Below are positions 29,822-39,837 of a stretch of 64,000 bases of DNA, in pieces. Under the pieces are notes generated by a model that was not told the DNA's origin, made no database searches, and saw only the letters and a program-made list of their open reading frames with translations. The stretch is from Longimicrobiales bacterium (GTDB taxonomy: Bacteria > Gemmatimonadota > Gemmatimonadetes > Longimicrobiales > Gaopeijiaceae): positions 1 to 64,000 of the forward strand of contig CBDCNQ010000005.1 of the NCBI GenBank assembly GCA_965219445.1, read 5' to 3'. Position 1 is the stretch's first letter. Every line of letters starts with the position of its first letter. Position numbers and translations under genes: made by a program.

Positions 29822-30099
29822 CTGAGGACTGAGCCCAAGGAAACGTGCCGGGCTGCACCCTTCGACTATTTGGGGATCTATTCACAAACTGGCACGCGTG
29901 CTCCGCGAGTTAAGCGTTCGATGGTGCCGTGGATTTGCCCTGCCGACGAGTGACACTCGGCCCGCACGGCCGACCGGTCTCCCTTGATAGCAGCCACATC
30001 CGCCATCCGCTCGTCCGGGCCATCACGGCGTGGTCGAACGGGTGATCCGCAGGCGTCTTCGAAGGTCCGACGGGATTCACGCCCCGAGGAAGAGTTGGA

Positions 30100-30740
30100 C
30101 TACTCCGTTCGCCAGATCGTCCCAAGGGCGGTGGCCTCCGAAGGGCTCGTCGATATCTTCGCCGCCAGCCCCCGAGAAGCCGGACATCTCGATTCTGTCC
30201 GAGGAGTTCTTGGCCGAGGTGCGGGACATGAAACAGCGCAACCTGACAGTGGAGCTGTTACAGAAGCCGTTGAAGGGGGAACTGGCCGTCCGCAGGCGCA
30301 AGAACGTCGTCCAGGCACGATCCATCGCCGAGATGCTCACGGAGACCGTCCGCCGCTACGGGAACCGGGCCATAGAGGCCGCACAGGTCATCGAGTAATT
30401 GATCCAACTCACCCGCGACATGCGCGAAGCGAATGCACGCAGTGAGGCACTCGGGCTTCCCGAGGACGAACTCGCCTTCTACGATGCGCTCGAGACCGAC
30501 GACAGCGCCGTGCAGGTGCTCGGCGACGAGACCCGAGGCGAAATCGCCCGCGAGTTGGTCGAGACCGTGGAGCAACGTCAGGATCGGCTGGACACTTCGT
30601 GAAAATGTCAGAGCCAACCCTCCGCCGACTGGTCAAGCGCATTCTGCGCAAGCACGGTTACCCGCCCGACAAGCAGGAGAAGGCGACCCGGACGGTACTC
30701 GAACAGGCCGAGGTGCTATCTGCGGGCCGGGCGACATGAC
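30100..30740 (+). pseudogene. hsdR: Type I R-M HsdR C-terminal (DUF3387-like) remnant
   Basis: [34 protein letters not shown]...[22 protein letters not shown]; stops and frameshifts. Confidence 0.85.
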
Positions 30741-30944
30741 GCCGGATCGGCCGACGCAGATTGGAACATGCCGATCTCGCTCCCGACCGTGCCGCCTCGG
30801 TTGATCACCCAGAACTCGTCCACGGACCTCTTCTACGGCCCGATGGATTCCCGTTCATAAAGAGGGATATAATGAGGGAATCACCTCTGATCAACAAGCA
30901 GTAAGTCTTTTATTATCAGGTATTTATAAAGATTTGGCAGTCGT

Positions 30945-31233
30945 CAGTGCCATGATGACGGGCGAGCGCGTGGGCGTCGGCCATGACCCGAGCCGGGGCG
31001 CCGCGTACGTCGAGGGCTGGATCGCCGCACTCGAGGAGGACCCCCGCGAGATCCGCCGCGCCGCCGCCGACTCGCAGAAGATCTCCGACTTCGTGCTCTC
31101 GCGGCACCGCGAGCGCGAGGCCGCGCGCGAACCCGCGGCCGTGGCCGCGACCCGCGCGCCCGCGCCGGGGCGAATCGTCCATCCCGTGCCGCCGCTCCCC
31201 GTGCCGCAGCGGACCTTCGGGCCGCGCCGCTGA
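30945..31233 (+). pseudogene. ardC: 3' fragment of ardC, second copy
   Basis: SAMMTGERVGVGHDPSRGAAYVEGWI matches 20224-20350; preceded by an AT-rich element-end-like tract. Confidence 0.85.
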
Positions 31234-31254
31234 CGGTCGGTGAGGAGCCAGGAG

Positions 31255-32142
31255 ATGTTCGACCGCACGGTCGGATCGGACCCGCGGACCGCCGCGCCAC
31301 AAAGCCGCAATCGCTACCGCATGCGGGACGGCCACCGCCGAGAATACGCCGCGAGCCGGGACCGCGGGTCCACCTCCTTCCCCGAACGGTGCGCGCGCGG
31401 GCTCGCCGACATCGGCGTCTACGGCGCCGTCTCGTACCGCGATCTGGCCGAGGCCCGCTTCGGCGGCCATCCCTACACCTCCCGGCGGGCCGTGAACGCC
31501 TGGGTACGCGAAGGGCTCGTCACCGAGACCACGGCCACCGGACCCAAGGGCAACCCGTTCAAGGTCCTGACCCTCACCCGCAGCGGCGTGGCCGAGGCCC
31601 GGAAGCGGGCCGCCGAACGGGGGATGGATCCCGGACAGGAAATCCGGTTCGCACGCACCCGGCCTGCCGAGGCCGCGCACGACACCGCCGTCTACCGCGC
31701 CTGCATGAAGGACAAACAGCGGCTGCTCGACCGGGGCGCCACCGTGCGGCGCATCCGGCTCGACACCGAACTCAAGAGCGCCGTCGCGCGCGGGAGCGAG
31801 GCGGCGCGGCTGAAGGACGGCAAGCGGGCCGCCGATGCCGAACGGCACCGCACCGCCGGCGAACTCGGACTCCCCCTCGACGACGAAGGGCACGTGCTCT
31901 ATCCGGACGCCCAGATCGAGTACACCGACTCTGAGGGGCGAGCTGGACGCGTCAACATCGAGGTCGCGTCCGGCAACTACCGCGAAGGGGCCATCAAGGC
32001 GAAAGCGGCGGCCGGGTTCGCGCTCCACGCCAACGGACCGGCCGCGGCGCGGCTGCTGCGCACGCTCGGCCTTGGCTCGGGCGACGACCGCTCCTCGCTG
32101 CGGGGACCCGCCGACCGCGATCCCGCCGCAGTCGAACTCTGA
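31255..32142 (+). CDS. Replic_Relax-like protein, copy 2
   Basis: Full-length paralog of 20406-21293. Confidence 0.6.
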   Translation: MFDRTVGSDPRTAAPQSRNRYRMRDGHRREYAASRDRGSTSFPERCARGLADIGVYGAVSYRDLAEARFGGHPYTSRRAVNAWVREGLVTETTATGPKGNPFKVLTLTRSGVAEARKRAAERGMDPGQEIRFARTRPAEAAHDTAVYRACMKDKQRLLDRGATVRRIRLDTELKSAVARGSEAARLKDGKRAADAERHRTAGELGLPLDDEGHVLYPDAQIEYTDSEGRAGRVNIEVASGNYREGAIKAKAAAGFALHANGPAAARLLRTLGLGSGDDRSSLRGPADRDPAAVEL

Positions 32143-32160
32143 CTACGGGAGAGGCCCGCC

Positions 32161-32475
32161 ATGCAACCCTGGAAAATCAGCGCCGGCCTCACCGCCGCGA
32201 TCGCGGGGTCTGCTGTGCTGCTCGCCGGGCCGCGCCTCGAATACCTCGCGCCGTATTGGCCGCTCCTCCTCACCGAACACGGCGTCTTGCTCGCCCTGCA
32301 CCTGGCGCTCGCACTCGCAGCCGTCGCGGCCGCCATCTACGCCGTCGCACGCGCAGCCGGGCTCGCCGACCTCGGGCGGCGCGTCGATCTCGCCGAGCGC
32401 TCCGTTCGGCGCGGCGAAGGGGACCCGGCCCTCACCGACGCGCTCCGCAGGGACGCCGAGGGCGACTGGGAATGA
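32161..32475 (+). CDS. Small membrane protein, copy 2
   Basis: Paralog of 21313-21627. Confidence 0.75.
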   Translation: MQPWKISAGLTAAIAGSAVLLAGPRLEYLAPYWPLLLTEHGVLLALHLALALAAVAAAIYAVARAAGLADLGRRVDLAERSVRRGEGDPALTDALRRDAEGDWE

Positions 32476-32919
32476 ACGCGGAGACCGGGCGGGCGGCGGG
32501 CCGACGAGATCGACCCAAACGTGCGCGCACACCTCGCCGTGCGTCCGTCGAGACCCTGCCAGCCACCTGGCGGACGCAGGCCAAGGCGCTCCGCCGGTAC
32601 GGGGGCGAGACGCCGGCCGTCGCCGCTCGAAAGCTGCGCGGCCGAGCTCGAGACCACGCTCCGGGAGAGGGACGAGACCACCCTCTCGCTGACGGAGGCA
32701 GCCAGGGAGAGCGGCTACTCCGCTGACCATCTCGGCCGCCTCGTGCGCGACGGCAAGATCCCCAACACCGGAAGGCCCGGCGCGCCCAGGATCGCCCGCT
32801 CGATCCTGCCACGGAAGACCCAGCCGCCAGCCACACCGCTACTGGTGGAAAAGCATCGCCGAGGCGAAGTTTCCAACGCGCAGATCGTGCAGTCCATCAT
32901 CGAGAGAGGAATCGAATGA
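32472..32919 (+). pseudogene. Excisionase-like HTH protein, one frameshift near 32625
   Basis: LSLTEAARESGYSADHLGRLVRDGKIP HTH; ATGA overlaps on both sides; directly upstream of the ICE integrase. Confidence 0.7.
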
Positions 32920-33020
32920 TGGCACGCACGAAACCTATCCGGCGCTCCTACGGCGCCGGCGAATGGGGCCGGAACCGGGTACGGGTCTTTCCCGATCCCA
33001 AGACCGGCCTGTTCCAGATC
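32916..33020 (+). pseudogene. ICE tyrosine integrase, 5' part
   Basis: MMARTK...KTGLFQI joins in frame to EWRDNG at 38691, giving 387 aa. Confidence 0.85.
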
Positions 33021-33168
33021 AACGGGCCGGGTGGAACATTGGTGGAACATATTGGACCTTCCCGGACCATTCTCCACAGGCCGAAAGTCCTTTACAGACA
33101 ACGATTTCTCCAATAACCACCGTCCCATGGCGTTCCTTGCGGTCCCAATCGATTCCATGTACTATTGA

Positions 33169-34344
33169 TTGCAGAAGGTGCAACGGCAAGTCATACACGG
33201 AATCGAGAGACACGCCATCAAACACCCCTCGAAACCCCTCAGCGCCTCATTCGTGAAGCACGTCAAGCGGCCGGGCCGGCACGGCGACGGCGGGCGCGGC
33301 TCGCACGGCCTCTACCTGCGCGTCTGGCGGCGTCCGAACGGACGCATCGGCAAGGCGTGGGCTCAGCGCCTCCGTGTCGGCGGCAAGGTCACGTCCCTGG
33401 GGTTGGGACCCTATCCCGTCGTCACGCTGGCGGAGGCGCGGGCGAAGGCGCTCGGGAACCGCCGCGCCGCCCACGCGGGACGCGATCCCCGGGGCGGCGG
33501 AGTTCCGACGTTCGAGGTGGCGGCCAGGAAGTTCATCAAGCTGCATTCGCGGACGTGGAAGGCCGGGTCGCGGCTCCCCCGGGAGTGGGAGCAGACCCTC
33601 GCGGACTACGCCCTTCCCATTGTCGGGCGCAAATCCGTGGCGGCGGTCACGACCGGCGACGTGCTGGCCGTGCTCACTCCGATCTGGCACACGAAGCCGG
33701 CGACGGCGAAGAAGGTCCGCCAGCGCATCGGGGCGGTGATGAAGTGGGCCGTTGCCCAGGGCCACCGCACCGACAACCCGGCGGGCGAGGAGATCAAGGC
33801 CGCGTTGCCGAACGGGAGCGGCCACACCCGCCACCATCGGGCGCTCCCTCACGACCGGGTTGCCGAAGTCCTCTCGAAGACCAGGAGCAACGTCAACGGC
33901 GTCGCCTTGCGGTTCGTCGTGCTCACCGCCTGCCGCGTGTCGGAGGTCGCCGGGGCGAAGTGGTCCGAGATCGACAGCGGCGTTTGGACGATCCCGGCTT
34001 CGAGGATGAAGACGAAGAAGGAACACCGTGTTCCGCTGTCGTCGGCCGCCTTGCGGGTGCTCGCCGAAGCGAAGTCCGATTCGCCGTTCGTTTTCCCCGG
34101 ACGGGGCGGGAAGCCGATTGCTCGCCAGTCCATCGGACGGGCGCTCAACGGGACGAAGGCGACGCCTCACGGGTTCCGTAGCTCGTTCCGGGATTGGTGC
34201 TCCGAGACGGGAGTTCCCCGCGAGGTCGCCGAAAGGGCGCTCGCACATGTCGTCGGGAACAGGGTCGAGGCCGCGTACAACAGGACCGACTTGCTGGAGC
34301 GCCGCCGCGAGGTCATGGAGGCGTGGGGGCGGTACCTGTCGTAA
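33169..34344 (+). CDS. P4-family tyrosine integrase
   Basis: HGLYLRV, TACRVSE, MKTKKEHRVPL, PHGFRSSFRDW, LAH, AAYNRTD; start codon uncertain. Confidence 0.95.
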   Translation: MQKVQRQVIHGIERHAIKHPSKPLSASFVKHVKRPGRHGDGGRGSHGLYLRVWRRPNGRIGKAWAQRLRVGGKVTSLGLGPYPVVTLAEARAKALGNRRAAHAGRDPRGGGVPTFEVAARKFIKLHSRTWKAGSRLPREWEQTLADYALPIVGRKSVAAVTTGDVLAVLTPIWHTKPATAKKVRQRIGAVMKWAVAQGHRTDNPAGEEIKAALPNGSGHTRHHRALPHDRVAEVLSKTRSNVNGVALRFVVLTACRVSEVAGAKWSEIDSGVWTIPASRMKTKKEHRVPLSSAALRVLAEAKSDSPFVFPGRGGKPIARQSIGRALNGTKATPHGFRSSFRDWCSETGVPREVAERALAHVVGNRVEAAYNRTDLLERRREVMEAWGRYLS

Positions 34345-34640
34345 GCCAGCCGACGCAGTGTTGAACACATTGTGGTCTGGCAAGGGGATGCTGCGCCCCC
34401 CTTCGACCCCCAGCCTCCGTTGCCGCTGCCGACGCAGTCGGCGGGGTCCTCGCCCCCCTTCCGGCGTGGCGCAGCGGCCGCAGCGGAGCGCAAGCGCACC
34501 CGGCAGGTCGCGCGCGTCGGCAAGCACTCAATCCATCGAGCGGGTGCTTGCGGCGATGGCCGCCGTCGGGAGCCCCGAAACCGATGGACATTAGGTTTGT
34601 GGCTCGCGGCACCCGCTCGGCCTGGGCGGCCTATTGGCGG
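34342..34640 (+). pseudogene. Decayed mob region: nic-like site, mobC and relaxase remnants
   Basis: TAAGCCAG (reverse complement of ColE1-type CTGGCTTA) at 34342-34349; QVARVGK near 34504; MDIRFVARGT near 34584. Confidence 0.55.
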
Positions 34641-34842
34641 AGGCGAGGTCGGGCTCCGAGTCGGGCTGCAAACGGTGCACGAAGGCGTCGGCTGGGGGAG
34701 CGGTGCCCCCCGTTCGGGCTCATTCCGTTCGCCGATGCTCATCATGGGCCCTAAGATTACTGGGACACGTACACCCGATCGGCCCAGGGTGGGGTTCCTC
34801 AGCCGCGAGGCCGCCGGACAGTAGATTCAGGAGGTCGCCGCG

Positions 34843-37464
34843 ATGCTGACGTCGTCAAGAGGCCGTTTCCTCATCGCCGCTTTTTGTGGCCGCGCCGCGC
34901 TGCTGTTACTGCTGACCGCAGCGCCGGCGGCCGCCCAGCAAACGGGAACCATCAGGGGCACGGTAGTGGACGTGTCCGGCAACGCCTTGCCCGATATCTT
35001 GGTGACCGCAACCGGTTCCGGCGTGAGCGAGGAAGTCGTCACGGATGCTGAAAGCGCCTACGAATTCCCCGCTCTCGCCGCCGGCGACTATGTCGTAACC
35101 GCCACCCTGTTCGGTTATGCGCCCCGGGAGATTCAGGTCACCGTGGGCGCAGGTGCCGTGGAAACGGTCCCGATCGTTCTGGAGCCCACTTTCCGGCTCG
35201 ATCCGCTGAGCGTGGTGGCGGAGGAGCCCACGGTCTTCGCGCGCAATTTCGTCGCGGAACCGATGATCAGGCAGCAGTCGAACATGACCGCTGTGACGTC
35301 GGTGATCGACAACCTTCCCGGCGTGTCCGTCCAAGAGGGGGACGCGTACGCCTTTGACGACTGGTCGAGCAACGTCGTCATGCGCGGGTTCCAATCGACC
35401 ATCAACGATGCACAGATCGGTACCACCATCGACGGATTCCCCAATGGCACGTCGGACTACTGGAGCGGCGCGAAGGCGAACCGGTTCGTCGACCCGATGA
35501 ACCTCGGTGGGGTCGAGGTGTCGCAGGGGACCGCCGACATCGCCTCCCGGTCGGTCGAGGCGCTGGGCGGCACGCTCAATTTCTTGACGGCCGACCCGGC
35601 GGCGGAGCGGAGCCACACGGCGTCCGTCACGATCGGCGAGAACGAGGGCCAGCGGTTCGCCGCGCGTGTCGAGACCGGATCGTTGTTCGGCGGCACGACG
35701 CGGGCCTGGGTAGCCGCGATCCGGCAGGAGGCGACCGACTGGATGGAGGGCTCCGCAAGGAACGAGCGGGAGCACCTCGCCGCCAAGATCGTGTTTTCGC
35801 ACGGACCTCTCGATCTCACCGGCTACATGTCGCACGACGACATCCACGAGGATGTCTACCAACGGCTCAACGGCGAGGCGGACTTCAGGGCCGACCCGCG
35901 CTGGGACCGGCTGGTCGGCCACTGGCCCGGCGTGCCCTACCTGAACCAGTTCTACCGCCCCGGCTGGCAGACACGGCGCAAGAACACGCTCGCCTACCTC
36001 AAGGCCGACTGGTCCGTCAGCGAGTTGATCTCCCTGAGCGCGGGCGCGTACCATCATGACAACCGGGGCCGTGGCGACTGGTTGCCCCCCTACATCGTGG
36101 ACGTGGTGGACGACGGGAATCGGCCGGAGTCGGAGCTGGCGGGCCTCGCGCCGGTGCGGGGCGGCACGCAGCTCGGGGTAGTCCACTTCGTGGACGGCAA
36201 TGGCGTCGCCGTCGGACCGGCGCCGGGATGCACGTCGTCCTACATCTTCAACTACTATGGGTCGGGCGACCCGGAGGTCGACCCGGCGTGCCACCCCGGG
36301 GCGACCGCGGTTCAGTCGTACCGTCACAGCCATTACGGGAAGAATCGCCTCGGCGTCAACATCGACGGGGAGTGGTCCGTTTTGTTTGGCGGGGGAGGGG
36401 GCAGCGGGCTGCGGGCGGGCATCTGGTACGAGGACTCGCGGCGCGACCTCGGCCGGGACTGGCACCGGATGCTGGACCCTGCGCTCAACTTCAAGTGGGA
36501 CGAGCAGGCCTATTGGCACCAGTACGAGTGGGACTTTCCGCAGGACGTCTTTAAGTGGTACGTGGAGGAGACGCTGTACTTCGGCCCGTTCGAATTGGCC
36601 GGCGGCGTCAAGCAGTACCTTGTCTCCGTGTCGCGCGAGGACCAGTTCGGCATTGATCGGGACCTTGGTGTCGATTCCGATTCGGAGCTGCTCTTCTCCG
36701 GCGGCGTCACCTACGAGACGCCGGTCGAGGGCCTCGACCTGTTCGCGGGCTACGCCGAGAACTTCAGGGCGATCAGCAGCACGTTGCTCGAGGCCCCGAG
36801 CCGCAGTTTGGACCTCCTGGAGCCCGAGACCGCGTCGAACATCGATGTCGGGGTTCAATACTCCGGCGAGCGGCTCGCGCTGAGCGCCACCATGTATTCC
36901 ATCGATTTTGACAACCGGATCTTCTACCTCGGCCCCCAGACGCCCGCAGGACCCAACTACCTCATCCCCGGAGGGGGAGCCTACTTCAACGCGGGCGGGA
37001 TCGAAACGAGTGGTGTCGAGTTGGCCGCCACGGTGGCGATGCCGGGTCGGACATCCTTCTACACCGCGTTGACGCTCAACGACTCGAAGTACGTCGGGAC
37101 CGACGATCCGCTCGTTGACGCCAGCCAGGGCATTGTGCCCGGCACGGACGTTACGGGCGTACCGCCTCGGCTGTGGGTGGTGTCCCTCGACCGCACCGGA
37201 CCCCTGGGTGGCGGGCTGTCTGCGAAATACACGGCATCGCGCCGCGTCAGTCTGACGGCGGACTGGTACACCGACGCCTACTGGGTGGTAGACGCCTACG
37301 TCAGCTTCAGCGGCGAAGCGTTGAGCGATCTGTTCCGGGCGACGGAGTTCTCGATCGTGGCGAACAACGTACTCGACAGCCCCTATCTGTCCGCGATCAC
37401 CGAGAACGCGGCCTGGCTGGGCGCACCCCGGACGATATCGATGACCACGACCGTCTCCTTCTGA
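34843..37464 (+). CDS. TonB-dependent receptor with N-terminal carboxypeptidase-regulatory-like domain
   Basis: Signal peptide, GTIRGTVVD, LPGVSV plug, LEPETA, NNVLD, GAPRT and terminal Phe. Confidence 0.9.
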   Translation: MLTSSRGRFLIAAFCGRAALLLLLTAAPAAAQQTGTIRGTVVDVSGNALPDILVTATGSGVSEEVVTDAESAYEFPALAAGDYVVTATLFGYAPREIQVTVGAGAVETVPIVLEPTFRLDPLSVVAEEPTVFARNFVAEPMIRQQSNMTAVTSVIDNLPGVSVQEGDAYAFDDWSSNVVMRGFQSTINDAQIGTTIDGFPNGTSDYWSGAKANRFVDPMNLGGVEVSQGTADIASRSVEALGGTLNFLTADPAAERSHTASVTIGENEGQRFAARVETGSLFGGTTRAWVAAIRQEATDWMEGSARNEREHLAAKIVFSHGPLDLTGYMSHDDIHEDVYQRLNGEADFRADPRWDRLVGHWPGVPYLNQFYRPGWQTRRKNTLAYLKADWSVSELISLSAGAYHHDNRGRGDWLPPYIVDVVDDGNRPESELAGLAPVRGGTQLGVVHFVDGNGVAVGPAPGCTSSYIFNYYGSGDPEVDPACHPGATAVQSYRHSHYGKNRLGVNIDGEWSVLFGGGGGSGLRAGIWYEDSRRDLGRDWHRMLDPALNFKWDEQAYWHQYEWDFPQDVFKWYVEETLYFGPFELAGGVKQYLVSVSREDQFGIDRDLGVDSDSELLFSGGVTYETPVEGLDLFAGYAENFRAISSTLLEAPSRSLDLLEPETASNIDVGVQYSGERLALSATMYSIDFDNRIFYLGPQTPAGPNYLIPGGGAYFNAGGIETSGVELAATVAMPGRTSFYTALTLNDSKYVGTDDPLVDASQGIVPGTDVTGVPPRLWVVSLDRTGPLGGGLSAKYTASRRVSLTADWYTDAYWVVDAYVSFSGEALSDLFRATEFSIVANNVLDSPYLSAITENAAWLGAPRTISMTTTVSF

Positions 37465-37629
37465 CGAATCGCCAGGACGCCCCTTTCTTGGACGGTTTTC
37501 AGCCGTTGGGTGGCGGGGGCGAGGAGCCGAGCGATAACTCAGAGCCACGCGCCGGATCACCAGTTCGCCGACCCGTGATCGCCGCCACATGCTTCTTCCG
37601 GATGAGCGGCAGTGTCCCGCGCAGATCCC

Positions 37630-38035
37630 ACGACAGACGTCGCGGAGCGGGTCGAACGTCCTCCGCCAACCCGGAGGGGCGATGTTGAGGCTCCGGCCGG
37701 TCTCCAGGTCGCACCGTGCGGCGAGGACATGGACGTGAGCGCTGCCGCCGCGCTCGCGGTGAAGCACGACCCCCTGGGCGTAGCGGTCGGGTTTCGAGCC
37801 CCGCCCAGGCCGTCTCTTCGAAGGTGTCCAAAACCTCGCCGATCTGGTCGTCGGTCGGAGCGTCCTCCGGCGCCCAGGCGATTACGCCTGAGGTGTACTT
37901 GTGATCGAAGGGAAGCGTGTCGGCCACGGCGGCCACTTGGTGGGGATCCCCCCGGAGGACCTCGACGCCTGCGCGCGGCTTCCCGGCCGCATCCCGCGCC
38001 GAGCCGGTCCCGCGGACGAGGAACTTAACGAGCAT
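37630..38035 (-). pseudogene. MOB_P (ColE1 MbeA-like) relaxase remnant
   Basis: MLVKF..RGTG, VEVLRGD, KYTSGV, then frameshift to HRE...HVHV..R.DL.TG.SLN; the catalytic Tyr segment appears deleted. Confidence 0.85.
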
Positions 38036-38039
38036 CGGT

Positions 38040-38219
38040 GTCCGGGCACCCAGCGGGCGATCTGGTTGAGGTCGTTGTCGATGCGCGCCACCTCGCGGGT
38101 GCGCTCTCGCACCAGATCCGACAGCGTCAAGCCTGCGGAGCGCGCCTTGGCGTGCCACTCGGCACGCGCTCCGCCTCGCTGGCGCGGAGCTTCACCCACA
38201 CGGCGCGTCCCGGGCTCAT
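38040..38219 (-). pseudogene. mobC: MobC relaxosome accessory protein remnant
   Basis: KARSAGLTLSDLVR and VARIDNDLNQIARW motifs; internal deletion and frameshift. Confidence 0.8.
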
Positions 38220-38264
38220 GACGCGCCGTTGCCGTTGGGGGGGTCAGAGGAGGGGGCACAGCCC

Positions 38265-38350
38265 CCCGCCAGCCCCTGCCGGGGACGCGCGAAGCGTGGC
38301 CCCAAGGGGTAGGCTGGCTTGGGCACCTTAAGGAGCCCGAGCCAGCCCTG
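38265..38350. other. Candidate oriT upstream of mobC and relaxase
   Basis: GGCTGGCTTGGG / CCCGAGCCAGCC inverted repeat; flank conserved with 13627-13700 and 40320-40415. Confidence 0.65.
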
Positions 38351-38690
38351 CGATGGCCTCCGAAACGACGCTCCGGGCACCGCCCGGGAATGCCGCCACT
38401 CCCGAGGCTCCAGCACCGGGATACCGCCCCACAATCGGCGACGCGCGGAGAGGTTGGCGCTTCGGGCCGTCCGGGTTACCGTTCACAGGACCCTGGGAGC
38501 ACAACCGGAAACCTGCCAGCATTGGTTTCTGGACTGGGCCGGAACACAGTGGACGCGCAGGGACCGCGTTGGAACAGGCATCCGGGGTGTCGCGTCCGAA
38601 TAGTGTACCGGCGGTGATACGGAGACTCCCCGTGTCGCTATAACTCCATGATTTACAACGATTTACGATTTGGAGTGCCTGTTCCAGATC

Positions 38691-39749
38691 GAGTGGCGCG
38701 ACAACGGGCGCAGGCTCACAAGGTCGCTGAAGCACCGCGACTGGAGACGGGCGAAGCGGCAGGCGGACGAGTTCGCCGCCGGCTACCTCGGGCCGGAGCT
38801 CCACCGCAAGGCGGAAGCCGAGTCCGAGCCGCTCACCCTGGAGACGCTTTTTGACATCTACGGTGAAGAGGTGACGCCGACCAAGCGTGGACAGTCGCGG
38901 CTGCACGACAGGGCCGCGATGAGGACGTTCCTCGGGTGCTTCGGACGGAACCGCGACCCCGCCACGCTGTCCCAGCGGGACTGGGACCGGTTCATCCGGG
39001 AGCGGCGCGCGGGCAGAGCCGGCCGCAGCGGCAAGCCGGTGGCCGACCGGACGATCGAACGGGACCTCAAGTTCCTGCTCGCGGTCCTCAACTGGGCCGC
39101 GAGGTCGAGGGACGAGAGGGGAAGGCTCTTGCTCGAGTCCAACCCCCTCAGGGGCCTCAAGACGCCGAAGGAGAAGAATCCTACCCGGGTGCTGCTCACT
39201 GAGGCGGAATACGAGGCCATGCTTCGGGTGTCCGTGGAGGTGGACTGGCGCTTTCACGTCGCTCTCGTGCTCGCGCACGAGACGGGACACCGCATCGGCG
39301 CCATCCGTCAGTTGCGATGGTCCGACATCGACATGGAAGCTCGTGTCATCCGGTGGCGAGGCGAGCATGAGAAGACCGGCTACGAGCACCGGACCCCGGT
39401 GAGTGCCGAAGCGCTCGGCGTCCTCGAAGAGGCGCGGTGGCGGAACCCCGGGATCGGGGACCTTCCGGTGTTGCCCGCGCCCAAGCATGCCTCGATGTGC
39501 GTGGGCCAGTGGCCGATCCGTGACTGGTGGGAGAAGGCCGAGGTGCTCGCAGGGCTGGAACCCAAGCGTGGGCGCGGCTGGCACTCCCTGAGGCGGAAGT
39601 TCGCCTCCGACCTGATGGACCAGCCGCTCAAGGTCCTCTGCCAACTCGGCGGCTGGAAGACGGCCCAGACAGTGCTCCAGTGCTACCAGCGGGCCGACGA
39701 GGACCAGCTCAGGAAGGCCCTCGACGACCGCCCGAGGGCCTGCTCTTAG
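38691..39749 (+). pseudogene. ICE tyrosine integrase, 3' part with all catalytic motifs
   Basis: ETGHRIG (R), EKTG (K), WHSLRR (H-x-x-R), LGGW, CYQ (Y). Confidence 0.9.
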
Positions 39750-39751
39750 CC

Positions 39752-39779
39752 CAAATAGCGGGAATCAAATAGCGGGAAT
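39752..39779 (+). repeat. Tandem 14-bp repeat, probable integrase arm-type sites
   Basis: CAAATAGCGGGAAT twice, immediately after the integrase stop. Confidence 0.7.
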
Positions 39780-39805
39780 CGGACTAACGATTCCCGTAAG
39801 TCCTT

Positions 39806-39835
39806 TGGGCGTAGCAGGATACGAACCTGCGACCT
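39806..39835 (-). other. 3' tRNA fragment (Val/Ile-like), probable att core
   Basis: Minus strand AGGTC-GCAGG-TTCGTAT-CCTGC-TACGCCCA forms a T-arm plus 3' acceptor strand; no 5' half. Confidence 0.75.
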
Positions 39836-39837
39836 AA

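Larger units (their letters stand above)
33007..38690. mobile_element. Integrative element inserted in the ICE integrase gene
   Basis: 14-bp direct repeat GCCTGTTCCAGATC at 33007-33020 and 38677-38690; tandem GGTGGAACAT at 33030-33050; own integrase. Confidence 0.9.
1..39835 (+). mobile_element. Integrative conjugative element (VirB/VirD4-type T4SS), left end outside window, decayed and interrupted by nested elements
   Basis: Co-oriented alpA, virB2/3/4/9/10/5/6/8, coupling protein, virB11, ardC, xis-like and tyrosine integrase genes, ending at tandem arm-like repeats and a tRNA 3' fragment (39752-39835). Confidence 0.8.

Noticed and set aside
34906..37767. 953-aa minus-strand ORF starting with a relaxase HUH motif
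   Set aside because: Only the first ~45 aa are relaxase remnant; the rest is antisense to the TonB-dependent receptor, so it is not a real fusion.
39806..39835. Functional tRNA gene
   Set aside because: Only the T-arm and 3' acceptor strand are present; treated as an att core.
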